IMG/VR virus record: IMGVR_UViG_3300030117_007745
Coordinates: 1 to 64,000 of that record
DNA length: 64,000 nt
From: a virus
Strand: one strand, 5' to 3'
Shown here: piece by piece, positions 56,177-64,000 of the stretch
Layout of the letters: the number at the start of each line of letters is the position of its first letter
Position numbering within the stretch: position 1 is the first letter of the stretch
Notes under the pieces: model-generated
The model's input: the letters and a program-made list of their open reading frames with translations, nothing else
The model's database searches: none
Told to the model about the DNA's origin: nothing
Position numbers and translations under genes: made by a program

Positions 56177-56377
56177 CTATACCTCTTCAGCTACTTCTTC
56201 GCTGCCCATCTTTACAAGTGGAGGATTTTTTACGTAAAGTTGTGCCTCATCACCTTCTTTATCGGCTGCGGGTACAAATTCAAAACCCTTAATTACGGGA
56301 ACAATATCGCTTTGCTCCAAAATGCTCTTTTGTAGTGCCATCATAACGGCCCCCACTGCTTGATCTGAAAGTTTCAT
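56177..56377 (-). CDS. Conserved hypothetical protein
   Basis: Start re-assigned to ATG 56377 (MKLSDQAVG) behind an AGGAG SD. Confidence 0.65.
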   Translation of the reverse strand: MKLSDQAVGAVMMALQKSILEQSDIVPVIKGFEFVPAADKEGDEAQLYVKNPPLVKMGSEEVAEEV

Positions 56378-56385
56378 ATATTCTC

Positions 56386-57342
56386 CTACCATTTAAAATT
56401 ATCTATGTAGAATTTTACCATCTTTTCTACTTCTTCGTTAAATATTTTTTCAGGTTTCCAGCCCAAAGATCGCAACTTGTCATCATTTAGGGCATACCTT
56501 ACGTCTTGTCCAAGCCTTTTGTAGCCAAGATCTACATATTGTTGCCAATTCTCGTCTGTTCCATGGTAAGCTTTGATGACTTTTCTAACAGTTTCCCTGT
56601 TTTCTTGCTCAAATCCGCCGGCGATGTTGTAAATTTCGTTTGTTTTTCCACTATTTATGATAGTTACAACTGCATTTGCCGTATCTTCAGCATGTAACCA
56701 GTTTCTTATAGGCTTACCCTCATCATGAAGTCTAATTTTTTTACCTCTCATTAAAAGTTTGACTGTTAAAGGGACCAGTTTCTCTGGATACTGGTAAGAG
56801 CCATAGTTGTTTGTAGGTCGAAGGATAATATACTCTAATCCATAAGTTCTTGCCCAAGATTTTACAAGCATATCTGCGGCCGCTTTGGAGGCAGAGTATG
56901 GATTACTAGGGTTTAGGGGGTCAGTTTCTATGTGTTCTCCGTCTGCTATGTCACCATACACTTCATCAGTACTAAATTGCAAAAATACGGGCCTTTCTAC
57001 AACATTATTTGGCTTTTTTTTGATTAATTCTAATAAATTGTGCACTCCATCGACATTTGTTCTTAAAAATTCTTTACTATCAAGAATACTATTGCCAACA
57101 TGAGTTTCTGCCGCAACATTAATGACATAATCGCAATCTGGTAAGCTCTTTAGCTCTGTTATATCCTCATCAATAAAAGTAAAGTTATCTTTATAATGAG
57201 TTTTGAATTTTCTGATCAAACTAGGGTTTGATGCGTATGTTTTGTTGTCTATACCATACACTTTCCAGCCTTGACCTAAGCACTTATTCGTCACATGAGA
57301 CCCAATAAACCCCAAACAACCTGTTATAACAACTAATTTCAT
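56386..57342 (-). CDS. rfbB: dTDP-glucose 4,6-dehydratase-like (RmlB/RfbB family)
   Basis: TGCLGFIG, AAETHV, STDEVYG, YSASK, NNYG..QYPEK motifs. Confidence 0.85.
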   Translation of the reverse strand: MKLVVITGCLGFIGSHVTNKCLGQGWKVYGIDNKTYASNPSLIRKFKTHYKDNFTFIDEDITELKSLPDCDYVINVAAETHVGNSILDSKEFLRTNVDGVHNLLELIKKKPNNVVERPVFLQFSTDEVYGDIADGEHIETDPLNPSNPYSASKAAADMLVKSWARTYGLEYIILRPTNNYGSYQYPEKLVPLTVKLLMRGKKIRLHDEGKPIRNWLHAEDTANAVVTIINSGKTNEIYNIAGGFEQENRETVRKVIKAYHGTDENWQQYVDLGYKRLGQDVRYALNDDKLRSLGWKPEKIFNEEVEKMVKFYIDNFKW

Positions 57343-57702
57343 CTAATCTCCCTTGTGAATCCTGTGACTGTCACTATCGAAGTGTTGTGTTGAAAATTCA
57401 AACAATTCGGTGTCCTCTAAAGCTATCATTTGGTGCCTTAAACCTCTGTAAACATGGAAGTTATCGCCTCTATTCAAGATTAACTCCTTTGCAGACTCAA
57501 TATCATCTTCGTCAGAGTACTTAACCAACATTTTACCTGACTGAATATAAAATACCTCGTCTTTTAACTCATGATAATGCCATGAACACCTCTTGCCCTT
57601 GACAAAATAGAGCAATTTTCCACAATATTCTTCATTATTTACGATCCACTTTTCAAATCCCCAACCTTTAGGGACAAATTTCATTGGTAAAGAAGTGTCC
57701 AT
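57343..57702 (-). CDS. Cupin-fold sugar isomerase/epimerase
   Basis: VPKGWGFE...YCGK...SWHYHELKDEVF...H...EFST; start placed at 57702 behind AAGGGG. Confidence 0.8.
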   Translation of the reverse strand: MDTSLPMKFVPKGWGFEKWIVNNEEYCGKLLYFVKGKRCSWHYHELKDEVFYIQSGKMLVKYSDEDDIESAKELILNRGDNFHVYRGLRHQMIALEDTELFEFSTQHFDSDSHRIHKGD

Positions 57703-58003
57703 CACTAATCCCCTTATCATCTATGTATAGGTCTCCGCTTGGTTTACCTAAAATTAACTGGTGGTATTTAACTTTCCAAGAATTTAATTGATTTTCCGTC
57801 AAAGCGTAAAATTCTTGTATCGCTAAAGTAGCATTATTGTTATACCTGCCCATCCCTCGGGCCGTAAAGAAAACTATTTCATTTCCTTCATCATAAAGCC
57901 TATTTATAAATTCTATTCTGTGATCATAGGGCTCTGACTTGTCATAATCTTCATTATCTTTTTTGTAACAAATTGTTCCGTCAATGTCAAAAACATATCT
58001 CAT
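57668..58003 (-). CDS. HAD-family phosphatase (capsule-biosynthesis type)
   Basis: FDIDGTIC, FTARG, GKP..D.YIDDK. Confidence 0.85.
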   Translation of the reverse strand: MRYVFDIDGTICYKKDNEDYDKSEPYDHRIEFINRLYDEGNEIVFFTARGMGRYNNNATLAIQEFYALTENQLNSWKVKYHQLILGKPSGDLYIDDKGISDGHFFTNEICP

Positions 58004-58380
58004 AACTTACTCAACGTGCTAGTAGTGGAATAACCATCAATATAATTAAATATTTTAACATCACACAAGTCGCTACCAACAACTGTGCTGACTGTATAAT
58101 CACCACCTTTAACTATTATATCAGGTTTTGTCTGTTTTATTAAGTTATAAGGAGTGTCTTCGTCAAATATATGCACTTCGTCAACATACTTACAAGAAAG
58201 AAGCATAAATATTCTGTCTTCCTGAGAAAAGACTGGCCTAGATGGGCCCTTTAACTCCCTGACACTAGTGTCGCTATTTAGGCCAACGATAACATAGCCT
58301 AGAGATTTGCAATACCTAAGCAGTTCAAAGTGCCCTCGATGCAATACATCAAAGCACCCATTGGTAAAAATCTTCTTCAT
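58000..58380 (-). CDS. rfaE2: Heptose-1-phosphate adenylyltransferase-like (RfaE domain II/HldC)
   Basis: FTNGCFDVLHRGH, GLNSD.SV..LKG.SRP, FDEDTP, KGGDY, GYSTT. Confidence 0.88.
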   Translation of the reverse strand: MKKIFTNGCFDVLHRGHFELLRYCKSLGYVIVGLNSDTSVRELKGPSRPVFSQEDRIFMLLSCKYVDEVHIFDEDTPYNLIKQTKPDIIVKGGDYTVSTVVGSDLCDVKIFNYIDGYSTTSTLSKL

Positions 58381-59117
58381 ACAATGCTAACCCCTCGTTT
58401 TTGAACAACTTTTGTTGCACACTGATTAGCAAATTTAATTGCATCAACTATGTCTTTTGTCCGGACATACTCAAAGCACAGGCCGGATACAAATGTGTCT
58501 CCTGCTCCTGATGTATCCTTCACTTCAACTGTTGGGACTGAATAGATATTGTTTTGAAACTCTGAACCGTATTGCCCTTTTGTTAAAATCACTTTTTGCT
58601 TAAGGGTGTCTGTAAAATTATCTCGATTGTTCTCGTATTCTTTATGATTTAGCTTAATAAAATTAAATCCTTCGGCCCAATCAGATAAAAGTCTTTTTGT
58701 GTCAATAAAAGTTGTGTGATGCATTCCAGAGATAGCATGCAATACTTCTTCCGACATATAACCTTTGTTATAATCAGACACAATCACAGCATCATAATCT
58801 TCAAAGTTTATTTCCTGTAGCTGATCCAGTGTCAGGGTTCCGTAAGAATTGTCGTTTTCATCAACACGCAGGAACATGTGATTTGTTCTGTTGTCCATGT
58901 ACCTTGTTTTTGTTATTGAGTCGTTGGTAGCGTTGGTAATTAAATCTACTCTTGCACCCAAAGATAGTAGGTTTCTTTCAACGTTCTTGGCCATACCCCA
59001 TGTTTCAACTGTATTTATCAGCTTAAAGACAGGGACAGGTGCATCAGGGCACAGACGGCTACAATCTCCGTAATGAAATACATCTTTGCAGCTTTCACCA
59101 AAAACTAATATTTTCAT
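58377..59117 (-). CDS. rfaE1: Heptose-7-phosphate kinase-like (RfaE domain I/HldA, PfkB family)
   Basis: RLCPDAPVPV, TKTR, LRVD, SDYNKG, DTSGAGDTF. Confidence 0.85.
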   Translation of the reverse strand: MKILVFGESCKDVFHYGDCSRLCPDAPVPVFKLINTVETWGMAKNVERNLLSLGARVDLITNATNDSITKTRYMDNRTNHMFLRVDENDNSYGTLTLDQLQEINFEDYDAVIVSDYNKGYMSEEVLHAISGMHHTTFIDTKRLLSDWAEGFNFIKLNHKEYENNRDNFTDTLKQKVILTKGQYGSEFQNNIYSVPTVEVKDTSGAGDTFVSGLCFEYVRTKDIVDAIKFANQCATKVVQKRGVSIV

Positions 59118-60121
59118 CGAGTTAAGAACCTTCTACCAGTTTTTATTTGTTGTCTCCAATATTCTAACAGATCTTTCATTGTTTTGTCAAATGAAATTTC
59201 AGGCTCCCACCCAGTATGCTCTTTAAACTTTGATGTATCAGGCACCTGAAGATCTGCATCAATTGGTCGAAGGCGATCAGGGTCGATCTCTACCTTAATA
59301 TCTTTGACGGTAGATAATGATATAAGATGTTCTAACATTTCTCGAACAGTGCAGGTGTAAGACCCTCCAATGTTATAGTACTCTCCAGCTTGTGGATTCT
59401 CTGTAACCAATAAATAATAAGCTCGCACCGCATCTCTAACATCAGACCAAGTTCTAAGTGAATCTAAGTTTCCAACCTTAATAACAGGAGGTATCAAGCC
59501 TTCCTCAATCATTGCAATTTGCTTTGCAAATGTTGACTCTGCAAAAACATCTCCTCGTCTTGGCCCTGTGTGAGTAAACATTCTGGTTGTCATCACTGTC
59601 ATACCATATGCTTCTCCATAGAAGCGGCCAACCAAATCTGTGCCGACTTTGGAAATTGCATACGGAGAAGCTGGATGAAACGTTATGTCTTCGTGAATTG
59701 GCAAAAACTCTTTTGGCACTCTTCCAAACACTTCTGAAGATGCACAAACATGCACCACTGGATTTTGTCCGAGAACTCTGATTGCTTCTAAAACCTTTGC
59801 AGTACCAAGCACATTTGTCTCTAGCGTTTCTAGCGGAGCAGAAAAGCTTGTCTTTGGATAACTTTGTGCTGCCAAGTGAAATACATAATCAGGCTTTGAT
59901 TCCTCAAAGCATGTTATCAGCGAGGCCAAATCATTAATGTCAGCATTTAAAAGATGTACCCTTTCTTTATTGTTGATTAAGGGCATAAGGTGCTCAATGT
60001 TATCCATCTTATCATTCCATCGAACTAATCCATAAACTTCCCAGTCCGTATTCTCAAGTAGATAATCGGCTAGATGAGAGCCAACCATACCAGTGATTCC
60101 AGTGATTACTGCTTTTTTCAT
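59114..60121 (-). CDS. GDP-sugar 4,6-dehydratase, DmhA/WcbK (GDP-manno-heptose)-like
   Basis: TGITGMVGSHLADY, RW...DNI.HL, HLAAQSYPKTSF, SSEVFG, YAISK, TRMFTHTGPRRGDVFAESTFAKQIA. Confidence 0.85.
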   Translation of the reverse strand: MKKAVITGITGMVGSHLADYLLENTDWEVYGLVRWNDKMDNIEHLMPLINNKERVHLLNADINDLASLITCFEESKPDYVFHLAAQSYPKTSFSAPLETLETNVLGTAKVLEAIRVLGQNPVVHVCASSEVFGRVPKEFLPIHEDITFHPASPYAISKVGTDLVGRFYGEAYGMTVMTTRMFTHTGPRRGDVFAESTFAKQIAMIEEGLIPPVIKVGNLDSLRTWSDVRDAVRAYYLLVTENPQAGEYYNIGGSYTCTVREMLEHLISLSTVKDIKVEIDPDRLRPIDADLQVPDTSKFKEHTGWEPEISFDKTMKDLLEYWRQQIKTGRRFLTR

Positions 60122-60906
60122 TTGTTTTTCTCCGCGTCATAACGATCTAAAAGGCGGCGTTGTGCAGTGAATCCGGGCCAGAATGGCTCTTTTTCTTTAA
60201 TATACACTGAGTATATTGTTCTACGCCATCGTGTTGGATGCATATTCTTGTCAGCTTTATGAAGTAATAAGCCATTAACTACAAGAATATCTCCTGCATT
60301 GTACTTTAATTGTTTTGTTGGTAGCTCATCAGAAAGTATATTTCCATCAGAATCTCTATAATCACTTAACTTCTTAGCATCTCCAATGGGCGCAACCTGA
60401 ACTATTCGACCCTCTTCGTCACGAGAAAAATTTGGGCTTGGATCAAAAGACAGCATTCCAAACTTATGACTTTTTGGTACGACAATTAAAGATCCGTTTG
60501 TCTCATCTGCGTCGTCTACAATTATAGCCAAGTTTATGTAATTGTTCCCGTTTGGGGCCATTGGGGCAAAGTTATCTTGATGCCATATAGAACCATACTC
60601 CAATGGATTACTCGGCTTACAGAAAAAAGTAGTCGAGGCTATTGGAATTGCGCGGCCTTTACATATTGCATCACCAATATCACACATCTTCTTTCCCCTG
60701 TGTGCCTGTTTGATGCTTTTATGAAAATGCATATCTAAGCGAACCGTAAAGTGTCCATTAGCAGCGTCGTCCAAGTCTTTTCTGATGATGTCTACTTCTT
60801 CGCTGTTCCACACCTGTGGGATTAGCAAGTACCCATTTTCCTCATAAAAATCGAGCTGATCTGGACTTAGTTCATACGAGTCCATATGTGTCCTTAATTC
60901 ACTCAC
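60118..60906 (-). CDS. Phytanoyl-CoA dioxygenase (PhyH)-family Fe(II)/2OG dioxygenase
   Basis: FYEENGYL, WHQD, NGSLIVVPKSH, GD...LLH, N...RWR. Confidence 0.85.
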   Translation of the reverse strand: MSELRTHMDSYELSPDQLDFYEENGYLLIPQVWNSEEVDIIRKDLDDAANGHFTVRLDMHFHKSIKQAHRGKKMCDIGDAICKGRAIPIASTTFFCKPSNPLEYGSIWHQDNFAPMAPNGNNYINLAIIVDDADETNGSLIVVPKSHKFGMLSFDPSPNFSRDEEGRIVQVAPIGDAKKLSDYRDSDGNILSDELPTKQLKYNAGDILVVNGLLLHKADKNMHPTRWRRTIYSVYIKEKEPFWPGFTAQRRLLDRYDAEKNK

Positions 60907-61852
60907 TACAGTTCTCCTGATACCACTTGATTGTTTTTTCCAAACCTCTCCCTAAAGTATGGGCTGGCTTCCAATCAAGCTCTTTCTCTGCTTTTGTGCA
61001 ATCTAAAAATAAAGATGTTGGCACAGTCGGCTTTGTTAAATCGTGCCTAATCGCAAGATCTCTACCAGAGCATTGTATCACTTTCTCAACCAAATTTTTA
61101 ATTTTTATTCCCTCTCCTAAGCCCACATTGTAAAGCTCATAGTTGCCTTCTTGCTTCGATAGAGCAGCCTCTATAAAAGAGATAAAATCTTCTACGTACA
61201 GCAAATCTCTTGCTTCTTCGCCTGTTCCCCATACATTAACAAGCCCATCCTGAGATGTCATTACCTTAGTGATTGTTGCCCCTGTAACATGAGACTTCTC
61301 CAAATCGTACTTATCGTAGGGGCCATATAGATTAGAATGCCTGATCACTGTGTGCTTTGTTTTTCCAAAGCCAGCATAAAATTTACACATGTTCTCCAAG
61401 TATACCTTTGTGTGGCCTGCTCCGTAATAAAAAGGCAGAATATCATCTGATGGGTTGTAGTCACTTTCCTTTAAGGCTTTTTCTGATTTTTGGTACATTA
61501 TTGTACAACTAGGGAAAATGAAATGCTCTATACCTTGCTCAAATGCCTCTCGTAAAAGATATGAATTCATTACAACATTGTCTGTTACGTGGATGTATGG
61601 CTTAGAAACAATATCTTTGGCTCCAGTTGTTGTGGCAGCAAACTGCATAACAATATCCACGTCTTTAAGAATATTTGATACCTGCTTTGGATCGCGCAGA
61701 TCACACTGCACCCATTCGACATCTGCATATTCAGATAACGCTGGTCTTTTGAAGTGAGTGGCCCTAATTTTATATTTGTTAGTCTTAGAATAAAAATCTA
61801 ATAAGTTTTTTCCTATAAACCCTGTTGCTCCACAAATCAAAATTCTTTTCAT
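60899..61852 (-). CDS. NAD-dependent epimerase/reductase (Fcl/ColC-like)
   Basis: CGATGFIG, NLYGPYD, WGTG...RDLLYVED. Confidence 0.82.
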   Translation of the reverse strand: MKRILICGATGFIGKNLLDFYSKTNKYKIRATHFKRPALSEYADVEWVQCDLRDPKQVSNILKDVDIVMQFAATTTGAKDIVSKPYIHVTDNVVMNSYLLREAFEQGIEHFIFPSCTIMYQKSEKALKESDYNPSDDILPFYYGAGHTKVYLENMCKFYAGFGKTKHTVIRHSNLYGPYDKYDLEKSHVTGATITKVMTSQDGLVNVWGTGEEARDLLYVEDFISFIEAALSKQEGNYELYNVGLGEGIKIKNLVEKVIQCSGRDLAIRHDLTKPTVPTSLFLDCTKAEKELDWKPAHTLGRGLEKTIKWYQENCSE

Positions 61853-62430
61853 TTCTTTCTCCCGTCCAGTATTAGCTCTTCTTTCTTTTCTATGAAAGCA
61901 TTGTAGATCTTATCAACGACCATATCAATGTCCATAGCATTAACTCTATCTGGAGTTGTCTTTATGTTCGTGGGATACACATCTAATACCTGAATATTGT
62001 TTTCTTTTTTGAAACTATTTGAAAACCCTCGAAGGCCCCACTTAGTAGCAGAATACAGAGTTCTGGGTGTCTTTACTTCTAATCCTACCATCGAGTTTAT
62101 ATTTATAACCCCTTTAAGATTTTTCAATAATCTCTTGGTTAAAAGAACTGGGGCCTTTAAATTAACTTCTATCATGGAATTAATTAAATCATCTTCATAT
62201 TCTTCCAAAGGAATGTTCGGACAGACAATCGCAGCGTTATTAACCAACACATTTACCTGTAGTCTGTTGGCCTCTTGAGATAGTTTCTTAACCTCATCTG
62301 CATTTGTCAGGTCGTAATGTTTCCTTCCTTCGTGCCGAAAAACAAAATGGCCCTCGTTTTCAAATTTATTAGCTAAATGAAAACCAAGGCCAGAAGAGCA
62401 TCCAGTTATTAAAATTCTAAACTTATTCAA
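61849..62430 (-). CDS. Short-chain dehydrogenase/reductase
   Basis: TGCSSGLG, NNAA, NS, YSATK. Confidence 0.85.
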   Translation of the reverse strand: MNKFRILITGCSSGLGFHLANKFENEGHFVFRHEGRKHYDLTNADEVKKLSQEANRLQVNVLVNNAAIVCPNIPLEEYEDDLINSMIEVNLKAPVLLTKRLLKNLKGVININSMVGLEVKTPRTLYSATKWGLRGFSNSFKKENNIQVLDVYPTNIKTTPDRVNAMDIDMVVDKIYNAFIEKKEELILDGRKK

Positions 62431-63402
62431 TTATTTCTCCAATAATTTAAAAACATCCTTACCAGAGTCTGCCACTGCTTTATTCTCTAGGTACCATTGA
62501 ATTGTTTCCTTCACACCCTCTTCAATTGAAATTTGAGGCTGAAATCCATAAGACTTTGCCCTTTCCATATCGAAGACCCTCCTGTGATCGCCTGTCGGCT
62601 TGGAGGTATCCCACTCTATTTCTACGTTTGCTTCGGCTGCTACAGCTTCAGCAATTCTTTTAATGCTAATTTCATCACCTGATCCGAGATTAAGCGGCTC
62701 TGTTATTTTGTTTTCAACTGCAAAAACCATTCCTCGTGCAACATCTCTAGCATGGATAAAATCCCGAATAGAAGATCCATCTCCCCACACTTCTAGAGTA
62801 TTATTACTAAAGGCTTTTCTTATAAGAGAGGGAATCACCATTGCACTATCTAAATCAAAATTATCATGAGGGCCATATACATTTGCAGGCCTAACAATGC
62901 TGCACTTTCCTTCGCCATATTGCTTTTGGTATGCCTGACATTGAAGCTCGCCCATTCTTTTTGCCCAACCGCCGAACCAATCATTTCTTGACGGCTGTGT
63001 TTGCCATACATCATCCTCTCTTAGTACCTCTGCTGGCTGATATACTCCAACAGTGCTTGTATACAAATACCACTCTACATTGTGATACATGGCCGCTTCT
63101 AGCATATTTGTGTTAAACTGCATCATTGGTCCCATGATTTTTGCCGGCTCTTCAATGCAGACGCGAGGTGAACATTTGATGCCAACTAAATTAAAAACAT
63201 AGTCCATTCCCTCACAAATTTTTAAACACGAAGAGTATTCTCTTAAGTCTACTTTGACAAATGTGACCTTTTCTTTTAAATCTTCTGGCTGTTTTAAGTC
63301 TGCAACATGAACATCTGCACCTTTGTCTAAAAGAATCGTTACCAGTTCACGGCCGATCATTCCTGCTCCGCCTGTTACTAATACTTTTTTATTCTCAAAC
63401 AT
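62431..63402 (-). CDS. NAD-dependent epimerase/reductase (Fcl/ColC-like)
   Basis: TGGAGMIG, RPANVYGPHDNF, VIPSLI, WGDGS..RDFIH. Confidence 0.85.
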   Translation of the reverse strand: MFENKKVLVTGGAGMIGRELVTILLDKGADVHVADLKQPEDLKEKVTFVKVDLREYSSCLKICEGMDYVFNLVGIKCSPRVCIEEPAKIMGPMMQFNTNMLEAAMYHNVEWYLYTSTVGVYQPAEVLREDDVWQTQPSRNDWFGGWAKRMGELQCQAYQKQYGEGKCSIVRPANVYGPHDNFDLDSAMVIPSLIRKAFSNNTLEVWGDGSSIRDFIHARDVARGMVFAVENKITEPLNLGSGDEISIKRIAEAVAAEANVEIEWDTSKPTGDHRRVFDMERAKSYGFQPQISIEEGVKETIQWYLENKAVADSGKDVFKLLEK

Positions 63403-64000
63403 TGTTTAACCTCTTGCAAAGCTCTAAAATCTGCTCTTCTCTAAGCTCGGGGTGATTTCCTATGTAAAGTCCGTAGTCTTGTATGTAATCAGAAACTTCC
63501 AACTTTCCAACTACCTTATGATCGTATCTTTCAAGGTATGGCTGCCTAGCTTGGTTGCCGCCGCCTGCCGTGCCGAGACGATATTCTACCTTTTCTTCTT
63601 CCAAAATCTCACAAACTAGCTTAATTTTATCGTTATCTTTTGTTAAGATCAAAGGTAGTGCATAATTGCTGCTACCCTCTACATTATACTCTGTATAATA
63701 CAACATATTGTCCAAGTTTGTCAACCAAACATTTAGATTTTCTTGCCTTTTTTCAATATTATAATCAAGACGTTGGATCTGTTCGAGTCCCAAAACTGCA
63801 TTAATCTCGCTTGATCGCATGTTATATCCCGGTACTGCAAAAGTAAACAGCGGATTTACATCTGGCTTTGCGTATTTCTCATGTGTTTCTTGGCTAGCTT
63901 CCCTTGTCATACCATGAGACCTAAACATTCGCGCCAACTGATAAATTTCTTCGTTATTTGTGCAAAGCATGCCACCTTCAATTGTTGTCATGTGATGTCC
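63395..64000 (-). CDS. DegT/DnrJ/ColD-family PLP enzyme, His-type 3-dehydratase (5' end outside the window)
   Basis: Window end reads G-H-H-M-T-T-I-E-G-G; RSHG, GYN, YIGNH. Confidence 0.82.
   Translation of the reverse strand, partial: GHHMTTIEGGMLCTNNEEIYQLARMFRSHGMTREASQETHEKYAKPDVNPLFTFAVPGYNMRSSEINAVLGLEQIQRLDYNIEKRQENLNVWLTNLDNMLYYTEYNVEGSSNYALPLILTKDNDKIKLVCEILEEEKVEYRLGTAGGGNQARQPYLERYDHKVVGKLEVSDYIQDYGLYIGNHPELREEQILELCKRLNNV

Noticed and set aside
1752-63116. Numerous plus-strand ORFs of 60-200 aa in the ORF track
   Set aside because: All lie antisense to long minus-strand genes, lack recognisable motifs and show antisense-shadow composition (Ser/Phe/Leu-rich)
1-64000. Stop-codon reassignment, as in some large phages
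   Set aside because: Very long ORFs are intact under the standard code, and TAA, TAG and TGA all terminate genes at tight junctions
1-64000. tRNA, rRNA or other structured RNA genes
   Set aside because: Intergenic gaps are mostly under ~125 nt and none shows a cloverleaf or T-loop signature by eye; a covariance-model scan was not run
56386-64000. Bacterial O-antigen/capsule locus, i.e. a host-phage junction or chimeric contig
   Set aside because: Same strand, similar composition and tight gene packing continue into the phage genes; no att site, integrase or transport/polymerase genes seen

Overview
The window is a 64-kb, AT-rich, densely packed segment of a large (likely jumbo) tailed dsDNA bacteriophage with T4-like core genes. 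Every credible gene is on the minus strand and uses the standard code (TAA, TAG and TGA all act as stops). In transcription order (right to left) it contains: (1) a nucleotide-sugar/heptose biosynthesis cluster (His-type PLP 3-dehydratase, two Fcl-like epimerase/reductases, SDR, PhyH-family dioxygenase, DmhA/Gmd-like 4,6-dehydratase, split RfaE kinase and nucleotidyltransferase, HAD phosphatase, cupin, RmlB-like dehydratase); (2) an FmdB zinc-ribbon protein and a gp55-like late sigma factor; (3) a ~37-kb baseplate/tail module (OB-fold + DUF2272 hydrolase, HxH spike, 2824-aa and 3248-aa giant proteins, gp25-like, gp6-like); (4) RuvC-like resolvase, primase, a repeat-stalked lipoprotein and an Mre11-Rad50 (gp47-gp46) fusion; (5) putative holin/spanin genes flanking a cluster of small genes with a shared N-terminal leader; (6) a chaperone-domain fibre protein, terminase large subunit and portal. 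The most notable observations are: a phage lipoprotein carrying an apparently intact FrpC-type Ca2+-dependent Asp-Pro self-processing (clip-and-link) module; a cassette array of putative capsid-targeted cargo proteins that includes an unannotated 31-aa peptide with 11 Cys; strong [ST]GS enrichment in a subset of virion proteins next to a heptose pathway (possible virion glycosylation); and a recurring CTA(T/A/C)TTAT putative late promoter, with several apparently leaderless genes. All family assignments come from motif recognition by eye; no searches were run.
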